Of a stretch of 64,000 nucleotides of DNA, positions 51,620 through 64,000 are shown piece by piece. A program made the translations under genes and the position numbers. Origin of the DNA: Podarcis vaucheri. Lineage: Eukaryota. The notes beneath the pieces are model-generated. The model was not told the DNA's origin, searched no databases, and saw only the letters and a program-made list of their open reading frames with translations. Within the stretch, counting starts at the first letter, position 1; each line of letters begins with the position of its first letter. The stretch is taken from NCBI GenBank assembly GCA_965113315.1, contig OZ220374.1. One strand, given 5' to 3'.

Positions 51620-51973
51620 CAGTGGTGCCTCGCAAGACGAAATTAATTCGTTCCGTGAGTTTTTTCGACTAGCGAATTTTTCGTCTTGCGAAGAACGGTG
51701 TCGGGGAAGTTTTGGAAAAGCTTCAAAAATCGCCGAAAACCTCAAAAAAGGCTACCACACCGCGTTCTATGAGTTGCTCCACGAAGTCAAGTCGCAACTG
51801 TATTAAGGGTGTTAAGAAAAAGGAAACAAACTTGCAAAAAACACAAGACGTTTTCGTCTTGCGAAGCAAGCCCATAGGGAAATTCGTCTTGCGAAGCAGC
51901 TCAAAAACCGCAAAACCCTTTCATCTAGCGAGTTTTTCATCTTGCGAGGCATTCGTCTTGCGGGGCACCACAG
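51620..51973. mobile_element. Tc1/mariner (Tigger-like) MITE, young
   Basis: TA TSDs; 22-bp TIR cagtggtgcctcgcaagacgaa / ttcgtcttgcggggcaccacag (2 mismatches); repeated internal ttcgtcttgcga motif; CpG-rich. Confidence 0.9.
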
Positions 51974-53206
51974 TATGAGCCTTCTTCCAACCCTGTCCCT
52001 CCCCAAAAGGCATTCAGAGAGGTAAGCACCAGTAGCAGATTTATAGGTATGCACAGAATTAGAGCCCCTGTGGTTGAGGGGCACCAAATAACTGAGAGAA
52101 TCTGTTTGAGATATGACTACAATGAACTGCCAAATTCTAGTATTTCTAGTTTGTTGTGTTGTTTTCACTTATCATTTCTCCTGCTCCTCAATTAAAATCA
52201 TTAGAGGCTGATCCAGTAGGATCATCGTTGAACAGTGGTGGCAGACTTTGATTTCTTACTTTTTTAAAAAACAAACAAACCAAGTCTCTAACCTTTTTAG
52301 AAAGAAAGTTATGAAGCATAATGTGCAGATATCTAGCTAAGCAATTTGTGTTAAATGAACCAGCCTGGCTGCTCCTACCTTTCAGTGTTGTTAGCCAATG
52401 AGTGAAGTCGGAACTGGATTTATGCCAGATGTGGCCCTAAACTCTGAGGTTTTTTTGTTTGTTTTTTAATGAAGTCTCTACCCTTCTAGAAATAGAATTG
52501 TGCGGGCAACCTTCTAAGCAAGGAGAGGCCACTGACACAAACAGAGGGGCAAGTATGATGCCTCTGGTTCTGCAACATGGAGTACTTGCTGAAGTTCAGT
52601 TCCAATTGGCATTAACTCCTCCCCTTCTTTCTGAAGCAAAGACGTTGCCTGGGCATCTGTTGTGGGACAAAGATGGGAGAGCATAGGAGAGATAGGATGA
52701 GAAAGGTAAGGGGAGAGAGACTGTGTTGGCCAGCAGGTACAGTAATGGCTTTTCTCACCTGTCCAGCCCTAGGAGCCTTCATAAGAGAGCTGTTTCCAGA
52801 GGAAGAACTGTGAGGGAAGAGAGACTCTGTTTGCCATCAGAGGGCGGTTGGTTTCACCTGTGCAACCCTACTTCCTGCCCAAAGAACTTCCAGAACGGCA
52901 TTGCTGCCATAGGCATTATGTGTATATGCATTTTAGTGAGCTGGATATAGTGAGATAATATGAGTTATGGGGGTGTGGAGCGGGTGTGTATGATCTTAAC
53001 AGCAATTAGTTTATTTTTGGTTGCTATTTTGTTAAGATTGTTTTATGGATTATAAATGCTGTTAATCACATAATATGCTTTTTGCCTTAACTGCGGTGTT
53101 TAGCTTATTTTTTTAGTTGTTGCTTTGTTTACAATGTTTTTTAGATTGTAATTCTTCCACTGGTGACTTGTTAATTATTTCATATGATTTATGCTGTACT
53201 TGTGAT

Positions 53207-53530
53207 AATAATAATAATAATAATTTATTATTTATACCCCACCCATCTGGCTGGGTTTCCCCAGCCACTCTGGGCGGCTTCCACAGAAACCAAAAAACAC
53301 TAAAATATCATACATTAAAAGCTTCCCTGAATAGGGCCGCCTTAAGATGTCTTCTGAATGTCAGGTAGTTGTCCATCACCTTGACATCCAATGGGAGGGC
53401 ATTCCACAGGGCGGGCGCCACCACCGAAAAGGCCCTCTGCCTGGTTCCCTGTAGCTTCGCTTCTCGCAATGAGGGAACCGCCAGAAGGCCCTCGGCGCTG
53501 GACCTCAGTGTCCGGGCAGAACGATGGGGG
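53207..53530 (-). mobile_element. L2 LINE, 5'-truncated, relatively young
   Basis: Microsatellite tail reading (AAT)n on +, tttataccccacccatctgg terminal motif, gggagggcattccacagggcgggcgccaccaccgaaaaggc; flanks tgtacttgtgat / tgttcttgttat. Confidence 0.85.
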
Positions 53531-56500
53531 TGTTCTTGTTATGTATTGTTTGTAAGCCGCTTTGGGATTTATTTGAATGAAAGGCAGCATAGAACACCAA
53601 AAATTCACAGATGAGGATAGAAACCCGAACAGCTTGTTAGAATGCTCATGGGTCTATGGTGAAGCATTGTACACCCTCAGTAGCACAGCAGGAAATCACT
53701 GAGCCAGCGACCACTCTTCTTACAGCACTGGGACATGGTGTAGGATGTCCAATATTGTGCTTGTTGTTTATTTATTTAATAGACTTATTAGTTGCTTGCC
53801 ACCCAAAGGTCTCCAAGCAACTTACAATGCATTTAAAACAAAGACATAAATGCAGTATAAATACACACATGCATTTATAAATATATGTGGATATCAGTTC
53901 TTGGGTTGGTTCAAAAAAGACAAGGTGATTGTTTAAATATCCCATTTCCAGGCTAGAAGGTATCCCACACTGTAGTAAATAGCATGAAGCAGCTATTGCG
54001 TTGTACCCAGAGGCTTCTGAATCAGAACACAAGGTTGCCAAAAAAACACTGTATGTAAGATACAGGGAAAACAAATACAGCACATACCAAACCAAGTCTG
54101 TGCTCTCAAATTAGCTGAAGGTAAAAACAAGTAAAAGAACAATGCATTCTTCTTCAACCAGGCCTTGGGCTGACTAACATACCATACCCTTTTAAACGTG
54201 TTGTGGGAGTGGGAGATTCTTGGGGTTTTTTTTGTTCTTATTTTTGTTACGTAGTTTGTGTTTTTTATATTGTATTTTTATGTTGCACACCGACCTGAGA
54301 TCTATGGATGAAGGGTGATATACAAATTTAATAAATAAATATTACTCTTCTGCTATTAGAATAAGTTAGTGACCACTGTGGAAAACAGGAAGCTAGAAAC
54401 TCTGAACCTGAGAAACTAAAAAATGGGAAGCTTGAGAGGAGAAGCAGAAGAATGGAATGGGAAAACAGCATGTCTGACTTTAAAAGTAGCATGGCACAAT
54501 GTAATTTTGTTGCATGCCCCAGTGGCTATATTTAATCATCAAAAAGACAATACAAGGTTTCAGCTTGGACACCCATGCTAGCCCTGGCCTTCACATAGGA
54601 CCAGATACAAGTTGACATTTGGATAACAACCCAGATACTTTTGTAATTGTACAGGACCCTTTTCTTCTTTTGCAGTTGACTTTGAGGAAGCCCAGCTTGC
54701 ACATGTGAAATCGCTCCTCCTTGCCCTTGCCAATGATGTTCTTAAAGGTGTACAACTGCATTTCAACAACATTCATGTGCTATCTGGAGAGAGAATTCAA
54801 TTTTTTCTCCAAGGCCAGAAATGATGTGGCTATGGTGCACAGTGGAATCTGCTTTCCTAATAATTTTGAGAGAAGCCACGTGGTGACTGTGCTCAGCAAA
54901 TGAGAAGGGAAAGCGTGTTCATTGTGCAATAAACTGGTAATGTGGAAAATCCTCCAGGCACTTCAATGAAACCATTGCCGCAAAGTATGCTTCAGAGTTG
55001 GGTTTAATATGTATAGCCTGTAACAGAATAACTTGCCTTTTAAAAACAATTCATACTTGACAGATTATATTGGTTTTTCTGAATATTTGAACTGTAATAG
55101 GAATCTACATCTGCATTTACTTACTTCTCAACTGCTGCACACGGAAGTACTGAACAGAATTGGTAAACTGTGCTGAGAGCTGAACTTTCATAGAAATTAT
55201 AACCTTCCAAAATGGCTTTTACCTTTTTTAAAACTGTTTTTTAATAGTCTGGTTGAAAAATACTGAATTGCATGACAAAGCAAATGTACTTATAATATAG
55301 ACTTTGAAAACTTTAGATGTTCAGAATGTTGAGCTCCCTTCTTTGCCCAAGTAGGGAAAGAATTATGGGGATCAACAGTGAATCAAATGGTTGCAACAAA
55401 GCAAGGTCAAAATGGTACAGTTTATAGCATTCTTTCATAGGATCATTGAAGCGCATTAAAATACTCTATGAGAGAACTCAGGAGACAGGGTAAAGAAATC
55501 TCACAGTATTGTATCTCTGCGTCTTTTCTCGTAAGCATTACTGTCATGAGAAAAGAGAGAATGTGCTTAACGCCCACTTAGCAATTCAGGAGGAATTTTC
55601 CCAAGGGCAAAACAGCAGCAAGCATCATTTAAAAATAAAATAAAGACAACAACAGAAGACGCAGATGGATAAAATGTATCTTTTTTCTCTGTTGGTGAGC
55701 ATGCAAACCTACATTTTGTACCCTCATAACCTGCAAAAATATTTAAGGTTAAACATTATTGATTGGTACTTGGAAATATTTACATACAGATCTATTTATT
55801 TATTTAAAACACATATATGCCATTCTTCAGTTAAATGAATTTCTTAGGGTAGCAATAATATCAGGTTAACACTAACAATAGGTAAATAGCATTGTAATAA
55901 CACAGCAACAAAGTAACAGTGCAGCACATAAAAACACAATATAAACAGAGGGAAAACCAGTAAGATATTAGCAGATTAAAATCAGGGGGTATACTAGAAG
56001 TCTTGTCAAATGAAAATGTTTCTGCCTGGCATCATTCCCTCTCAGCCCCATAAATCAAATTTGGCACTAAACCAAATGGGAAGGGCATTCCAAATGGGAA
56101 GCTATAATTGAGAAGGTCCTTTCTCTGGTTACCACCTGTTTAGGAAGTTGGAACTGAGAGAAAAGTCTATGATGACCATAGCATTTGGACAGGACCGTGT
56201 GCAATACATTCATGCACATGCATGCATTATGCACATAGCCACATAAACTAGAGAAATATGATCACTGGATCGGATAAAACGATTCTTGGTGTACTGATAA
56301 GCAGACCAATAAGCAGACCAATGGAAATAATTGTTGGGGATCTCTTTACCACTAAGACTGACTTAAGAGTTGCCTTCATTTCATTTTAGATTATTACTTT
56401 GTAAAATTTCACCCAAAACCGGTACCCACTTTATAAGTAGCAAAAAAATGAGGGGGACATTTAATTATTTTTCAGAAGGAATTTTTTGAGCTGTGTTGAG

Positions 56501-56721
56501 TGTGGGTTTGTGCATGCTTACCATTGGTAACTGAGCAACAGATTCTTTTAAAACATTTCCCACTCTTCCAGTGTAACACTAGAGCCTCTTAAGGTGGTCA
56601 ATAGCCACCTGCTAGAATTACTGTCCCAGAATTCCCCCGGAACAATGTTACATCAAGATGTAACATCAATGGGCTTTTTTTTTTTGAGTGGGGGTATGGT
56701 GATTCCTGTCCAATTGCTAAT

Positions 56722-56768
56722 AGTTGTTGTTATTGTTGTTGTTGTTGTTGTTGTTATCATCATCATCA
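56722..56768. repeat. Compound (GTT)n(ATC)n microsatellite
   Basis: Directly visible. Confidence 0.85.
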
Positions 56769-56852
56769 CCCTTTTGGCATCCCTTTTGGTATCCCTAGCA
56801 AACTTGGCTGAAAGTTTGAAATGCTGAACTCTGGGCACACCCATACCCTATC

Positions 56853-56988
56853 CAGGCTTGGCCAAACTTGGCCCTCCAGATGTTTTGGGACTACAGTTCC
56901 CACTACCTCTGACCACTGGTCCCATTTGCTAGGGATGATGGGAGTTGTAGTCCCAAAACATCTGGAGGGCCAAGTTTGGCCATGCCTG
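56853..56988. mobile_element. Palindromic hAT-type MITE, 136 bp
   Basis: Near-perfect inverted arms ggccaaacttggccctccagatgttttgggactaca / tgtagtcccaaaacatctggagggccaagtttggcc; same family as 31984. Confidence 0.9.
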
Positions 56989-57828
56989 CCTATACATTTG
57001 GACCACTGTGTTTGTTTATTTTAATCATTTGTATCCCACTCTTCCTGCCCAAGGAGATTAGAGTGGCATACACTAAAAACAGTAAAGTTATATAAATAAG
57101 CAACAACAGCACAGAACCATACTTAAGGCAAAATTTATAGGACTCAAAAGCCTGATTAAAAATAATCGGTCCTTCTAAATGCAAGCTATGAATGAACCGT
57201 GTGCCATTAACACATTGTTGTATTGCTGCTGCCTTTTTTTGCAGCAGTTGACGTTGTCTGCTTTCTCAAGGTAAAGAATGTTTTCTCCATATTGTGGTCA
57301 GCATAGTGATTCATTGTCTTCACTCCCCGCTTCTTCCTGTTTCCACATGCAAAAGGAAGATCCTGGAGAAGATTGGTGGGAGAGGGCACATTGCAGAGCC
57401 AGCCCTCTAGGTAGCAAAGCTTCTGGAGCACTGAGAAAGATTGGGAATGGCTGCTTACCTGGTCTGGAGGTGGGTGGTGATTGAGACCTGGCACAGTAGC
57501 CCCTCAAACCCCCAGAGGGCAGAATGACTTTACCATGGTGGCTGGCCTATCAGGGGCAAGCTGAGGGGTGGAGTCTGGGTGGTGGACCAGGGTGGAAAAG
57601 TATTCATTCTGATTTACCTCTGGGAAATAAAAGCCAACTGCTCCTGAGCATGGCATTCACTCCTACCCTTCACCCTATCCCATTTCTCCCAAAGCATTGA
57701 TTGCAGTAGTATTATAGTTGCATCAGGCTTAATTTCTTATAGACTAAATATACCTAAGTATTAAGGTTGCAAATTATCCTCTATACACTTAACCTGGGAG
57801 TGAACTATGTTGAATGTAGTGTTACTTA

Positions 57829-58165
57829 AAGGTAAAGGGACCCCTGACCATTAGGTCCAGTCGTGACCGACTCTGGGATTGCGGCGCTCATCTCGCTTTA
57901 TTGGCTGAGGGAGCCGGTGTACAGCTTTCGGGTCATGTGGCCAGCATGACTAACCCGCTTCTGGCGTACCAGAGCAGTGCACAGAAATGCCGTTTACCTT
58001 CCCGCTGGAGTGGTACCTATTTATCTACTTGCACTTTGACATGCTTTCGAACTGCTAGATTGGCAGGAGCAGGGACCAAGCAACTGGAGTTCACCCTTTC
58101 GCGGGGATTTGAACCCCTGACCTTCTTATCGGCAAGTCCTAGGCTCAGTGCCACCCACGTGGGTA
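57829..58165 (-). mobile_element. Sauria SINE, near full length
   Basis: aaggtaaagggacccctgaccattaggtcc... to ...gtgccaccca; TSD agtgtt(a/g)ctta (57818-57828 / 58166-58176). Confidence 0.93.
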
Positions 58166-58716
58166 AGTGTTGCTTACCTCTGAGTAAATTTGCCTAGGAT
58201 TACACTAGGATGCCACAGTCATCTTTGCCATTAAAAATTGCATATCTTACAGAATAATCTGAGTTACATCTATGGAGAATGTAGCCATTGTTTAGCATTG
58301 CTTTTCTTCTGTCGTAATGGCACCTTAAAATTTTCATATTTTACAGTCCTGTTGAAAATATGCACCTCCCTCCCTGCTATTTTTCTTTTTAAGGACCTGA
58401 TGATCTTCCCAATAACATGTTAAGCATCTTGTGACGTCTGGCCCTCAGCTGAGGTGTGGCATGGAATCTTTGGTTAATAATAATTATAATTAAAAACATT
58501 CGGAATCCTCGTGGTTGTGGAGTGAAACATGTTTTGCATTCAATGTGTTTTTTGCTGAACTGAATGGAGAGCCTGTGCAGACACAGCAGGCAGCATCTCG
58601 AGGCAACACAGAGGCACTTCAGGCTCTGGATATAACTGTCATTGGAATGGCAGAGGAGAGGTGCTGCCTTAGGCAGGCAATTAACCACACCAGCTCCTTA
58701 AGCAGGACCCATGTTA

Positions 58717-58860
58717 GGGAAAGGGCCATAGCTCAGTGACAGAGAATCTGTTTTGTATACAGAAGGTTCCAGTTCAATCCATGGCATCTGAGATGAGACC
58801 CCTTGCCTGAAACCCTGGAGAGCCATTGCCAGTTCATGCAGACAACACTCAGGCTGGATC
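58717..58860 (+). mobile_element. Squam3-like tRNA SINE
   Basis: gggccatagctcagtg (box A), gttcaatcc (box B), cctgaaaccctggagagccattgccagt body. Confidence 0.75.
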
Positions 58861-58974
58861 TAGACACATCAAAAAAAACGGATCCACATGGATTCTCAGG
58901 ATTTTTGCCTTGGGCTACCCCCAAACTCACCGTCAAATCATATATCATGTCTGTGGCCACAGCATGAACCACAA

Positions 58975-59082
58975 AAATCATGCATCCACTGTTTTGTTCA
59001 GAATATTTTTTTTCTTGTTTTCCTCCTTTAAAAACTAGGTGTGTCTTATGGTCAGGTGCGTCTTATGGCACGAAAAATACGG
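58975..59082. mobile_element. Tc1/mariner (Tc2-like) right-end fragment
   Basis: Ends in cgaaaaatacgg (reverse complement CCGTATTTTTCG) with a doubled subterminal ggtgYgtcttatgg. Confidence 0.65.
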
Positions 59083-59093
59083 AATTTGTTTGA

Positions 59094-59297
<204 letters not shown>

Positions 59298-59404
59298 TAA
59301 AAAAAGGAAGAAGAAGAATATTCACAACCTGCATGATGATGATGATTATAATGATTATTACATTTATATCTCACTTTCCCTTCAGGGAGCTCAAGGTAGC
59401 ATAC

Positions 59405-59600
59405 ATAGCTCTGAGATTACACCCACAAGCTCCTTTAGTACCCTCGGGTGTAGCTCCTCAGCCCCCGGAGAGCTGAATTCATTTAAAGTAGCTAGGTGTT
59501 TCCTTACCACCTTTCTTCCGATCTTGGGCTTCAGCTCCCTTCTTATATCATTTATTCTGTTATCACCCCCTGAACTGTCTCTATGGCAGCTAGTCATTGT
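59405..59600 (-). mobile_element. CR1 ORF2 internal fragment
   Basis: Minus-strand peptide HLATLNEFSSPGAEELHPRVLKELVGVISE matches the CR1 pre-RT motif (KSPGPD.LHPRVLKELA..I). Confidence 0.8.
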
Positions 59601-61095
59601 TTAGGAACTGAGTTTACTCCCCCCCCCCCCGTTTTGCTTCCCTGTCCCTTTCCCCTGTTGTGTCATTGATGTGGGGGGGGGGGGAGAATTGTAAGCCTGC
59701 AAGAGGGACTGTTTCAATTGATCATACGTATGCTGCTCTGGGAGCCTTTTTTGGTTGAAGAGTGGGGTACAAATGTTCTAATTAAATAAAAGAAATAATG
59801 TTGATATGTGAGACTTCTCTGTCAATGAAAACTGTTCCATTTAAAGGGAATGGTTATTTCATTTTGCCATGTTATGTGCAACTGGGAGATGATTTTTCTC
59901 CTATTAAAATGAAAAGCCTCTCTGGATAGTCCTGGAGCTAAAACTGCAGATCATTATACCTGGCGATAAATCCTGGAGAGGAAAAGCGTTTTGGGGAGCT
60001 GATGATGTACAGTTCTGTCACTGCTGTCTAGAATCACAATTTGACATACATCACCAGACTTCCATCTCCTGATGTTGTCAGTTTGACTCAGTTAAGACAC
60101 TTTAGCTTCAGTGAAGCATGTTTAGGGCAGTTGACTCCTGGGAGCAACCCGTCACAATTCAATGAATATTTACTGAGGCAGGAAGCGAGGAGGACACCTC
60201 ATGCACCTTCTGAAGTTCAAACTAAACAAGAGCTCTGGAACTTGGTTGCAAAAGTTTTTTTATGCAAACAACTGGATGTTTAATGTACTGCGAAACTAAA
60301 ATGAGTTTTGAAACTGAATACAATCATGGGGTAATAGCAATTTTAACTGTTCTTGGTATTAGGATTGCTTTTCTTATTTCTTCGGCATACCGAAGGCAAG
60401 TGTCATCACTTGCTATTCAAACCAGTTGAAGTGGAAATGATCCAGCCTTGTTTACACAATCAAAATTTAAAAGTTGTTATTCTGGGGCTCTTATCCTCTC
60501 CCTTATGTGTTAATCTCCAGCCCTTTTCAGGCATTATTCCCTCCTTGCCCTTCCTTGCCCCGCTAATAACATTGTGCAAGGGGAAGCATGGGGATGTTCT
60601 CTAGTGTTCCATGTCATGCCCGCACAGGAGGAGTGCTCAGTTGCAGAAAAGGACCCATCGCCAAATTTCTTGCTGTTGTGAATACTGGATCCACATGCGA
60701 AAGACCAATTCTGACCAGGAGTTCAGTGATTGGGTCAGAAACATTGGCTTTGCTCATGTGGTTCTGGTATTATTCAGACACATTCTGCAGATCTTACTAG
60801 AAGGAAGCCATTCCCTGCTAGCACTACATCTGACTGCAGGTTAATGCTTTGAATGTGTAAATAAATCAAAGGCTGGTGTGAGTTAAGAGGCTGCTATCCC
60901 AGATTCTGTTAAAAAAAAAGTCATTCACCATAAACATACTGCATGTTCAGAGATTTGTAGGATAGTTATTATAACTATTTCTTTTCATGTAAAAATGAAA
61001 CATGTAGCTAAACTGAAGCTGTTAAAAGACTGCTTGTCTTACGATTTGCAAAACACGAGCTGCTCATTTCACTGTAGATGTTGTTCGATTTTTAG

Positions 61096-61206
61096 GTGCT
61101 CAGAAAAGGGGGAAACGTGTCTTTTGAACTTTGGTCACAGAGTGGCCCCCAGGGTCCTCAGTGGAACAGAGCTGAAGTGCATTTAGGTGTTCAATCTTAT
61201 TTTCAG
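61096..61206 (+). CDS. MALRD1: MALRD1 exon: VLRKGGNVSFELWSQSGPQGPQWNRAEVHLGVQSYFQ
   Basis: ttttAG acceptor, CAG|GTATGT donor, 111 nt, phase 0-0. Confidence 0.95.
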
Positions 61207-62050
61207 GTATGTGCAATTTTGTTTGCCTTCTTCCCTTACTATTTCAAGCTATTTAATGTTTCTGTTGTTCTGTGCTCATAATGTCAGCCTTAAGACATCA
61301 TTGCATTTTGAAGCAATCAAAATGCGCCTCTGCTGTAGAATGAAGTTCATTCATTAATGGCACATAGAAGCAGAAATTGAAGGCAGGATGTTTCTTAAAG
61401 AATCTGTTACTTGAACTGACTGCTTTATTGTTGCTTTATGGCCAAGACCAGAAACCAGTGACCCTCCAGATGTTGTCAGATACAATCAACCCCAGCCAGC
61501 ATGACCAGTGATCATGGATGATGGACACTGTAGCTCTACAATATATTCAGGGTCACAGATTCCCAGTCCCTGCTTTAGGATAATAAACCTTACCACAGTT
61601 GGCAGCATCACAGCCTTTGGAAAATAGAATAATTTGGCAACAGATTTTTTTTAAAAAAAAATAGTTCCAATTGTATTTCTGTTTGTCTGTATATGTTTGC
61701 TTGTTTTGTATTACAAAGTAATGATGATTCTGCTTCGTACCAATCTTCCCTGTTCCCTTTTCTGGCAGTAAAATATGAACAATGTTAACTTTGGAATTGT
61801 TCACTCCCTACCAGCTATCTCCTTTGTGTTTCTCATGTAGCATTCTTACCAGTCGTGGCACTTGTGATAGATGGAGCTGCCCTCCTGCTCCAGCATTGCT
61901 GCTGCTTACCTGGATGGTTTGGAGTGGTCAAGTCGGGGCCATGTGGGTGCCCTGGCAGGACCAATGGCTTGGCAGCAGCAATCCCACTACTGTACCTGTC
62001 CAGCCCTGAACTCTCCACCACCCTTCCCCTCCATATCTCCATACTGGTAA

Positions 62051-62434
<384 letters not shown>

Positions 62435-62568
62435 TAATGAGCAGAAGTTATCAAGTCTCTAGTGAATTATTTATATAGTAGCACTGCTGTCAGTTCATTA
62501 GTGGTTCCAAAATGTAAATGAAAAGCAAAATTAATGATTTTGAAATGCTTGTTATACTGGAGTCTGCC

Positions 62569-62740
62569 TCACATACACCCACATGTTCATACAAACAGAT
62601 GTCCCCACCGAAGAGTTTGCCAACCTTCTGGGTGCCAAAATCCCGAGGACTCCTGCGTCACCCAAGTAAATGTTTTGGCAGGAGGCACCCAGGAGGTTGG
62701 CAACTCTCAGCTGTTTGTATGAACATGTGGGTGCATGTGA
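62569..62740. repeat. Nested inverted repeat / long hairpin (probably MITE-derived)
   Basis: Outer 30-bp arms (29/30 complementary) 62569-62598 / 62711-62740; inner ~24-bp arms agagtttgccaaccttctgggtgcc / ggcacccaggaggttggcaactct. Confidence 0.85.
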
Positions 62741-64000
62741 TTCCATTCAATATTAGTGATAGTGTCCAGGGCACTTGGAAGTTGTATTAACCAAATAAAA
62801 TAATGCGCTTCAGGCAATGATGTGATTGTTATCTTAATTAATGTAAAATGAGAAAAAACGACTTGTTATTTAGTGTACTGGTATGATGATGCTCAGCTTG
62901 CAATAAGACACAGGGGGCCACTGGGCTATTACAATAGCATTTTGGTTTTACTTCAGTTGCAAAATGAAATGTGGAACCAGCCCTACACATACTTTTCTAG
63001 AGAATTGGGTTCCAGTGTAATGAAAACACATCTGATTCTCATTTGTTACATGGACACTGAGAGGGGTGAGTTTTGGCAGCATCAAACAGGGTCCTCAGAG
63101 AACTATGTGGAACTAGATGTTGTTGCCCCAGCACTCTGTCATCTAGTGCTGTTATGTTGCTTCAGCATCAGCAAATGCTTCCCTGTTGCTTTCCTGGGTG
63201 GAGAAAGAGTGGGTGTATGTTAACAGTGTGCCCACTGGATTCGTTAGGTCATGTGCAAGTGAGGGTGTGTGGATGTCTCTACCTGTGTACGCAGGTCATT
63301 CCTACCACAATCTCCAACATATGCCCTTTGATTTTCCTGCTGCTGCTCACCTTGCGGTCCACAGAGACAGACAAATCCCAAACTTGCTGTCGGAAATCAT
63401 TTCGTATTTTCGTCAGTAACTTTCTTTCAGCGAGTTGATGTCGTGTTGATGCTGCTGCAATCTAAGTCTTGAACCAGGTAACCATATTTTAAAATACAAA
63501 AAAGTGAAAATGAGGTTATATATTCATAGAAATTTATTCTGAGCAGAAGCAAGCTAATAAACTATTTATTGCATCTTAAACTTGACCATAAGCTGCTTCC
63601 AGCTAGTTAAAACGGAAATTAAATTGTACATTGCTACATGTTCACTCCAGTGGCCAAGATTTAAATGAGCAAAGGGCTTTGATTCATGTATTTTTTAAAA
63701 CAACTTTTAAAAGATAAAATTTCAAAAAAAAGAGAAAGTAGTTAATATCCCTAGGACATTCATCCGCTTTCAGTGTTAAAGCATATGAAAGGATGATCAA
63801 GCAGCAGTGGTCACAGATGACAGGGCAAATCCCACAAAAATAATGGGCTCTCTCCAGACCAAAAGGGGATACAGAAGATGCACACTGTCCACCAAGCCCT
63901 GTTCTGTTCCCAGTAACCACAGGACACCTTTGCCCGGCAGCGCTGTGGCCCATAGATTGCAGCAAATACTGGGCAAGGCTTTGCCCAGTATCTTCTCTGT

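Noticed and set aside
51620-51973. Regularly recurring ttcgtcttgcga units suggestive of a CRISPR-like array
   Set aside because: Eukaryotic context, irregular spacing, and bounded by TIRs and TA TSDs: a MITE.
56594-56827. ORF with a long hydrophobic Val/Ile stretch resembling a transmembrane segment
   Set aside because: Produced by the (GTT)n(ATC)n microsatellite.

Overview
Eukaryotic, AT-rich vertebrate DNA, almost certainly from a squamate reptile (probably a lacertid-like lizard), judged from Sauria SINEs, Squam-type tRNA SINEs and squamate hAT/Tigger MITEs. The whole window lies inside one + strand gene, MALRD1 (MAM and LDL-receptor class A domain-containing 1; mouse Diet1). I reconstructed 20 internal coding exons by hand (2104-62411). 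All have AG/GT boundaries and compatible phases, and they give 3390 nt (about 1130 codons) of uninterrupted frame: linker - MAM(divergent) - LDLa - MAM - LDLa - MAM - LDLa - MAM - LDLa - MAM - LDLa. The start and stop codons lie outside the window. Several true exons are missing from the ORF track, and most ORF-track entries are spurious. The introns carry SINEs, L1/L2/CR1/RTE fragments, three solo LTRs and many MITEs. The most notable observations are: (1) an LDLa cassette exon that I recall being absent from human MALRD1; (2) an LDLa module with Cys3 replaced by Trp, next to a remodelled MAM C-terminus; (3) a probable relic LDLa exon; (4) an antisense processed retrocopy of an unidentified mRNA nested in a MITE; (5) a MITE family carrying CTCF-like motifs; (6) an OC1-like hAT element with a perfect TSD. 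I see no evidence for a new multi-gene system. Comparisons with human MALRD1 and repeat family names are from memory and need database confirmation.
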